28,742 bases of DNA from a virus (taxonomy: Duplodnaviria > Caudoviricetes). The position numbers and the translations under genes were made by a program. This document shows, one piece after another, positions 25,469 through 28,742 of the stretch. Each line of letters starts with the position of its first letter. Positions within the stretch are counted from its first letter, which is position 1. The DNA lies in IMG/VR virus record IMGVR_UViG_3300017716_000508, positions 1 to 28,742 of that record; one strand, written 5' to 3'. Below the pieces are notes generated by a model. It did no database searches and was not told the DNA's origin. It saw only the letters and a list, made by a program, of their open reading frames with translations.

Positions 25469-27445
25469 TTACGCTGGTAAGTGTTTATCTGATTTGCTGT
25501 TTACCGCTACCTTCTTCTTGCCTATGCTCTTCTTACGCGACGCCTGAACGCGCTCCATCATGGCGTAGAGTTTTCTTGCTCCTGCCTCTGTTGATCCATT
25601 TCCCAACTCTGAGACAATTCGAGCAGGGATAACAAACTCGCCATCAGCAAGACGAGCGGGCTGACGCTTACCAATAACAGCAGGAATAGAATCAGAAACT
25701 CCATCGCCGGGACCCCTCAGTAAACGTCCACCATCAGAATAACCGCCAAGACCGTGCATGATACCGCCCTCTGCAAACCCATAGTTGCCAAGTTGCTGAT
25801 CCATAGAGCTATAGAAGTCACTCATATCAGATTGTTGAGGTTGAGGCTGCGGCTGGGGTTGGGCTTGAAATTGTTGATAAGAAATAGGTGCATAGGCTTG
25901 TTGTACAGGAGCCGTATATTTGGGAGCCGTCATTACTGGCGCAGTTGGCGCAGTTGGTCTCATGCCACCTGCAAGTTGACTACGTGTTTGATTCTCAGGG
26001 TTTACGTGGTTAGGATTAGACTTAACACCGTACTGCGTTTCTCCACCAGAAGCATATCGTTGCGCATCACGCATGATGCCACCATTCGCAGCGTCAATCG
26101 GGATGTCCATGTAGTTATCAATGTCACCTAGATTAGTCTTAGGTAACGGTACTACTGGCACTTTAGATTTCTTGCCCAACCGTGCGTGTTCAGCCATCGC
26201 GGCGGAGAAAGGGCTGCTTAATTCTTGGGTGCGGCTACGAGCAATAGGGCGAGGAGATGGAAGAGAGCTTTCATTAAACAGCTTCATCGCTTCTCTTTGA
26301 CGCGCCTCTTCCATCTCTTCATAAGACGCGGTTAGCCCCCTAGCTGCTCTCTGACCACTACTTTTAAGACCATACTCACGGCGCTGCGCCGCAGAAAGAC
26401 CGCCTTCTGCAAACCGTGCTTCACCAGTATAAGTATTCACTCCAGCGTCTGCGCTTGGCGCAATTACGTTTGTAGCCTCTGGACGTTGCATCTCAGGGTC
26501 GGAATACATAGGCGTTTGCAAGTTTGCCATAGGGTAGCCAGTATTTGTCCCAATAGCATTCTGAGCCGACATCTGCTCAACAGGACCGCCAACAGCATAG
26601 TTTTGATACTCGTACGACCGGGTAAACGACGGCTGTTTGGGTATTGAAGGCTGGAACCCAGACATATCTACAGTACTCTTGTACTTGTCTTTGTCTTCTT
26701 TCTCATACTCCGGCTGGTTCATGTACTGCCCAGCCGCCATCAGCCCAAGCCCGGTTTCCGTAGGGTATTTTTTAACAATTTTCATCCCCTCCATAACGCC
26801 TCTTTCCAGCGCGCTTGGTTCTACTGTGGGGATAGTAGAGTTAGGTGTTATGATAGGCGCGGGTGATGTAAAGGGTGTACCCCCCGCTGGTGGGGCAGAA
26901 GATGTTGCTGCTGCTGGGTCAAACGGCTGAGTTGCCGCGTCACGCATTGCCGCAGTGCCCTTTACTTGATTACCTCTCGCAGCAAATTCTCTTGCAGCAT
27001 TCTCTCTAGCAGCTTGCATTTCAGCGTTACGAGCCGCCATATCAGCGGGAGATACAGGTGGCGCATTACCAGCCGGGGGAAGCGGTGTAGCAGGGCCAGT
27101 AGGAGTAATTGGCGCACCAGCAGTTGGGGGCATACCAGCAGGATTGGCAGAGAAGATACCTTGCTTTGCTGCTTCCGTTCCAACTTGTTGACCAGCTTGG
27201 GCTATACCTTGCTTAGCAACTTCTGTACCGACTTGCTGTTTTACAGCTTCCGCAGTAGCTTGTTTAGCAGTTTCTACCCCAGCTTGCTTCATGCCAGCCG
27301 CGATTGCTTCTTTCTTTGCTAATTCTAAGGCAGCGGTTTGCGCGGCGGCAGTTCCAGTAGCGGCAACGGCGGGAGCAACAGTAGCGGCAACAACAGGGGC
27401 GGCTAAAGCAGCGTTAGCGGTAGCAGCCAAGACAATCTGTGGCAT
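25469..27445 (-). CDS. virion/ejection-type protein with repeated AxGG motifs and C-terminal GPGDGxSDSIPA...GEFV domain
   Basis: 658 aa, Ala/Pro/Gln-rich; SD AAGGAG; terminal domain resembles the FAxGG...GPGTGTSDSIPAxLSxGEFV motif of phage tape-measure proteins. Confidence 0.72.
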   Translation of the reverse strand: MPQIVLAATANAALAAPVVAATVAPAVAATGTAAAQTAALELAKKEAIAAGMKQAGVETAKQATAEAVKQQVGTEVAKQGIAQAGQQVGTEAAKQGIFSANPAGMPPTAGAPITPTGPATPLPPAGNAPPVSPADMAARNAEMQAARENAAREFAARGNQVKGTAAMRDAATQPFDPAAATSSAPPAGGTPFTSPAPIITPNSTIPTVEPSALERGVMEGMKIVKKYPTETGLGLMAAGQYMNQPEYEKEDKDKYKSTVDMSGFQPSIPKQPSFTRSYEYQNYAVGGPVEQMSAQNAIGTNTGYPMANLQTPMYSDPEMQRPEATNVIAPSADAGVNTYTGEARFAEGGLSAAQRREYGLKSSGQRAARGLTASYEEMEEARQREAMKLFNESSLPSPRPIARSRTQELSSPFSAAMAEHARLGKKSKVPVVPLPKTNLGDIDNYMDIPIDAANGGIMRDAQRYASGGETQYGVKSNPNHVNPENQTRSQLAGGMRPTAPTAPVMTAPKYTAPVQQAYAPISYQQFQAQPQPQPQPQQSDMSDFYSSMDQQLGNYGFAEGGIMHGLGGYSDGGRLLRGPGDGVSDSIPAVIGKRQPARLADGEFVIPARIVSELGNGSTEAGARKLYAMMERVQASRKKSIGKKKVAVNSKSDKHLPA

Positions 27446-27446
27446 C

Positions 27447-27746
27447 TCAAATCTCCTTCTTCATTAGTACAAGGCCCATGTTTTGCCCATACTCGTGTAA
27501 TCCGAACATTGCAATAAGTTTACGCGCTTTTATGTCATTTTCAAAAGGGGTTGCATATACTTCATTGTAGCCTTCGGCTTTCAACCCCGGCGCAACCACG
27601 TTAGTAAAAATGCTATAGTACCTTTTGAATTTTGACGGCGACCACGCCCCCGGCGCTATATTTAAGTGCAAAGCTACCTTACTAATGTCCCGTAAGTAGT
27701 CGCATAGAAAAATAACTTCGTCGTCTTTGTATAGCGTCTGCCTCAT
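27447..27746 (-). CDS. small GNAT-like protein (P22 gp14/T7 gp13-like)
   Basis: LKAEGYNEVYATP...KARKLIAMFG resembles the GNAT C-terminal beta-alpha unit; ATGA overlap with the upstream gene. Confidence 0.55.
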   Translation of the reverse strand: MRQTLYKDDEVIFLCDYLRDISKVALHLNIAPGAWSPSKFKRYYSIFTNVVAPGLKAEGYNEVYATPFENDIKARKLIAMFGLHEYGQNMGLVLMKKEI

Positions 27747-28057
27747 GGCACGATCTTCAGTGCAAATGTCGTTGTATCGTAATAAATATCCCCAGTTCGC
27801 AGCTTGCCCGCAGCGTACTCCACACTGGTCGGGCAGCTTATTTCGCGTAGTCCCGTAGTGGGATTTACCTGACTAAAGTTCAAAGCCGCTGTTACCGTAT
27901 TAGCATCAGGTCGGCTTGTAGACGCGGCACTAGATCCGGGGTTATCTAACTGAGCAAAATACTGCCGCAGGACGTTATGAACTGTATCTATATACTCCCG
28001 CTGGTATTCAACAGGCGCAAGTGGTAACGCCGGACTTCTTGTAGTTCCTGTAGACAT
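27743..28057 (-). CDS. small tail-associated protein (plug/needle position)
   Basis: PALPLAPVEY...LRQYFAQLD N-terminus and GDIYYDT C-terminus; follows the tail hub-like gene. Confidence 0.6.
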   Translation of the reverse strand: MSTGTTRSPALPLAPVEYQREYIDTVHNVLRQYFAQLDNPGSSAASTSRPDANTVTAALNFSQVNPTTGLREISCPTSVEYAAGKLRTGDIYYDTTTFALKIVP

Positions 28058-28059
28058 AG

Positions 28060-28742
28060 TTAGTTCCTGCCGTCAGGACGCACATCAATACGGGGTACAC
28101 CCAACTGCCACTGAGTGCCAACGCTGTTTGACTCTACTTTGAACGCCATCTGGCGACCACGCACCCGACTATAAACAATCTCAGTAAACTGCTGCACGTT
28201 GTAAGTAGTCGTACCAGCGTAGCTCTGCGCCGAAGTTACCGTCGGAGACAAGGCCGTACCGTAGTTTGAACCGGGGTTTTGTTTGGGGCGCACTGTAAAT
28301 TGTACAAACGGTTTGTCCGAAGTTTGCCCCGTGGTATCCGACCCGTCAAAGGTAATGTCAGGAATTATTCGCCATACAAATCCGTAGTTGTGCCCGTCCT
28401 CAATATCAAAGTCAGAAGACTGGATATACGATTCAATTGCGCTTGGTGGGTTAGTTGAGCCGTCGTCTACCGCCGCTTCGTGGTACACAATAATCTTGCC
28501 CTCCGTTGCAGCCATTGGGAACGGGCGAAGCGGTGAGTCCAACCAAGCCGTACGATCTAACGTACCGTAATACCAAACCCGGTCAAGGTAATTAAAAATA
28601 ACATAGCGGTCAATTGCACTACTGTTTTTAGAGCAGTAATTCCACCACACCTCAGAGTAACCCTCGTTGGTACCCGAATTAAACTGCGCTTCCTGACCCC
28701 GATTAATATCATTGAAGATAAATTGACGCACTGAGCAAGGTA
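28060..28742 (-). CDS. tail hub/stabilisation protein (P22 gp10 / tubular protein B-like), C-terminal part; 5' end outside window
   Basis: Frame stays open to the window edge (PCSVRQFIFNDIN); EVWWNY...DRYVIFNY...WYYG.L.RTAW; RVRGRQ...W.LG..R.D..PDGR terminus. Confidence 0.75.
   Translation of the reverse strand, partial: PCSVRQFIFNDINRGQEAQFNSGTNEGYSEVWWNYCSKNSSAIDRYVIFNYLDRVWYYGTLDRTAWLDSPLRPFPMAATEGKIIVYHEAAVDDGSTNPPSAIESYIQSSDFDIEDGHNYGFVWRIIPDITFDGSDTTGQTSDKPFVQFTVRPKQNPGSNYGTALSPTVTSAQSYAGTTTYNVQQFTEIVYSRVRGRQMAFKVESNSVGTQWQLGVPRIDVRPDGRN

Overview
This window is a 28.7 kb piece of a tailed dsDNA phage genome, most consistent with a podovirus carrying P22/T7-style ejection proteins; the host cannot be determined from sequence. 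Two gene arms converge at about 15,945. The + arm (1-15,947) is early/replication: a partial MoxR-like AAA+ ATPase, an HExxH-metallopeptidase/vWA protein, VRR-NUC, DUF3310, an NrdR-like Zn ribbon, many small coupled ORFs, family A DNA polymerase, Cas4-like nuclease, small HNH-like protein, SNF2 helicase, putative ssDNA-binding protein, HTH protein and an AEP primase/DUF927-type helicase. The - arm (15,944-28,742) is virion/ejection: a partial tail hub-like protein, two GNAT-like proteins each coupled to a downstream ejection-type protein, and a 2234-aa polyvalent protein with ART-like, zincin and LPD38-like regions. The best leads are (i) two structured non-coding elements, upstream of the helicase and of the primase; (ii) SD-preceded genes overprinted in the +1 frame of the giant virion gene, flanking its ART-like domain; and (iii) a recurrent [FYM]-A-x-G-G motif in two ejection proteins, ending in a GPGDGxSDSIPA...GEFV domain, which may mark a processing or packaging system. 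All family assignments come from motif recognition by eye, not database searches. I found no tRNA, rRNA, CRISPR array or integrase.
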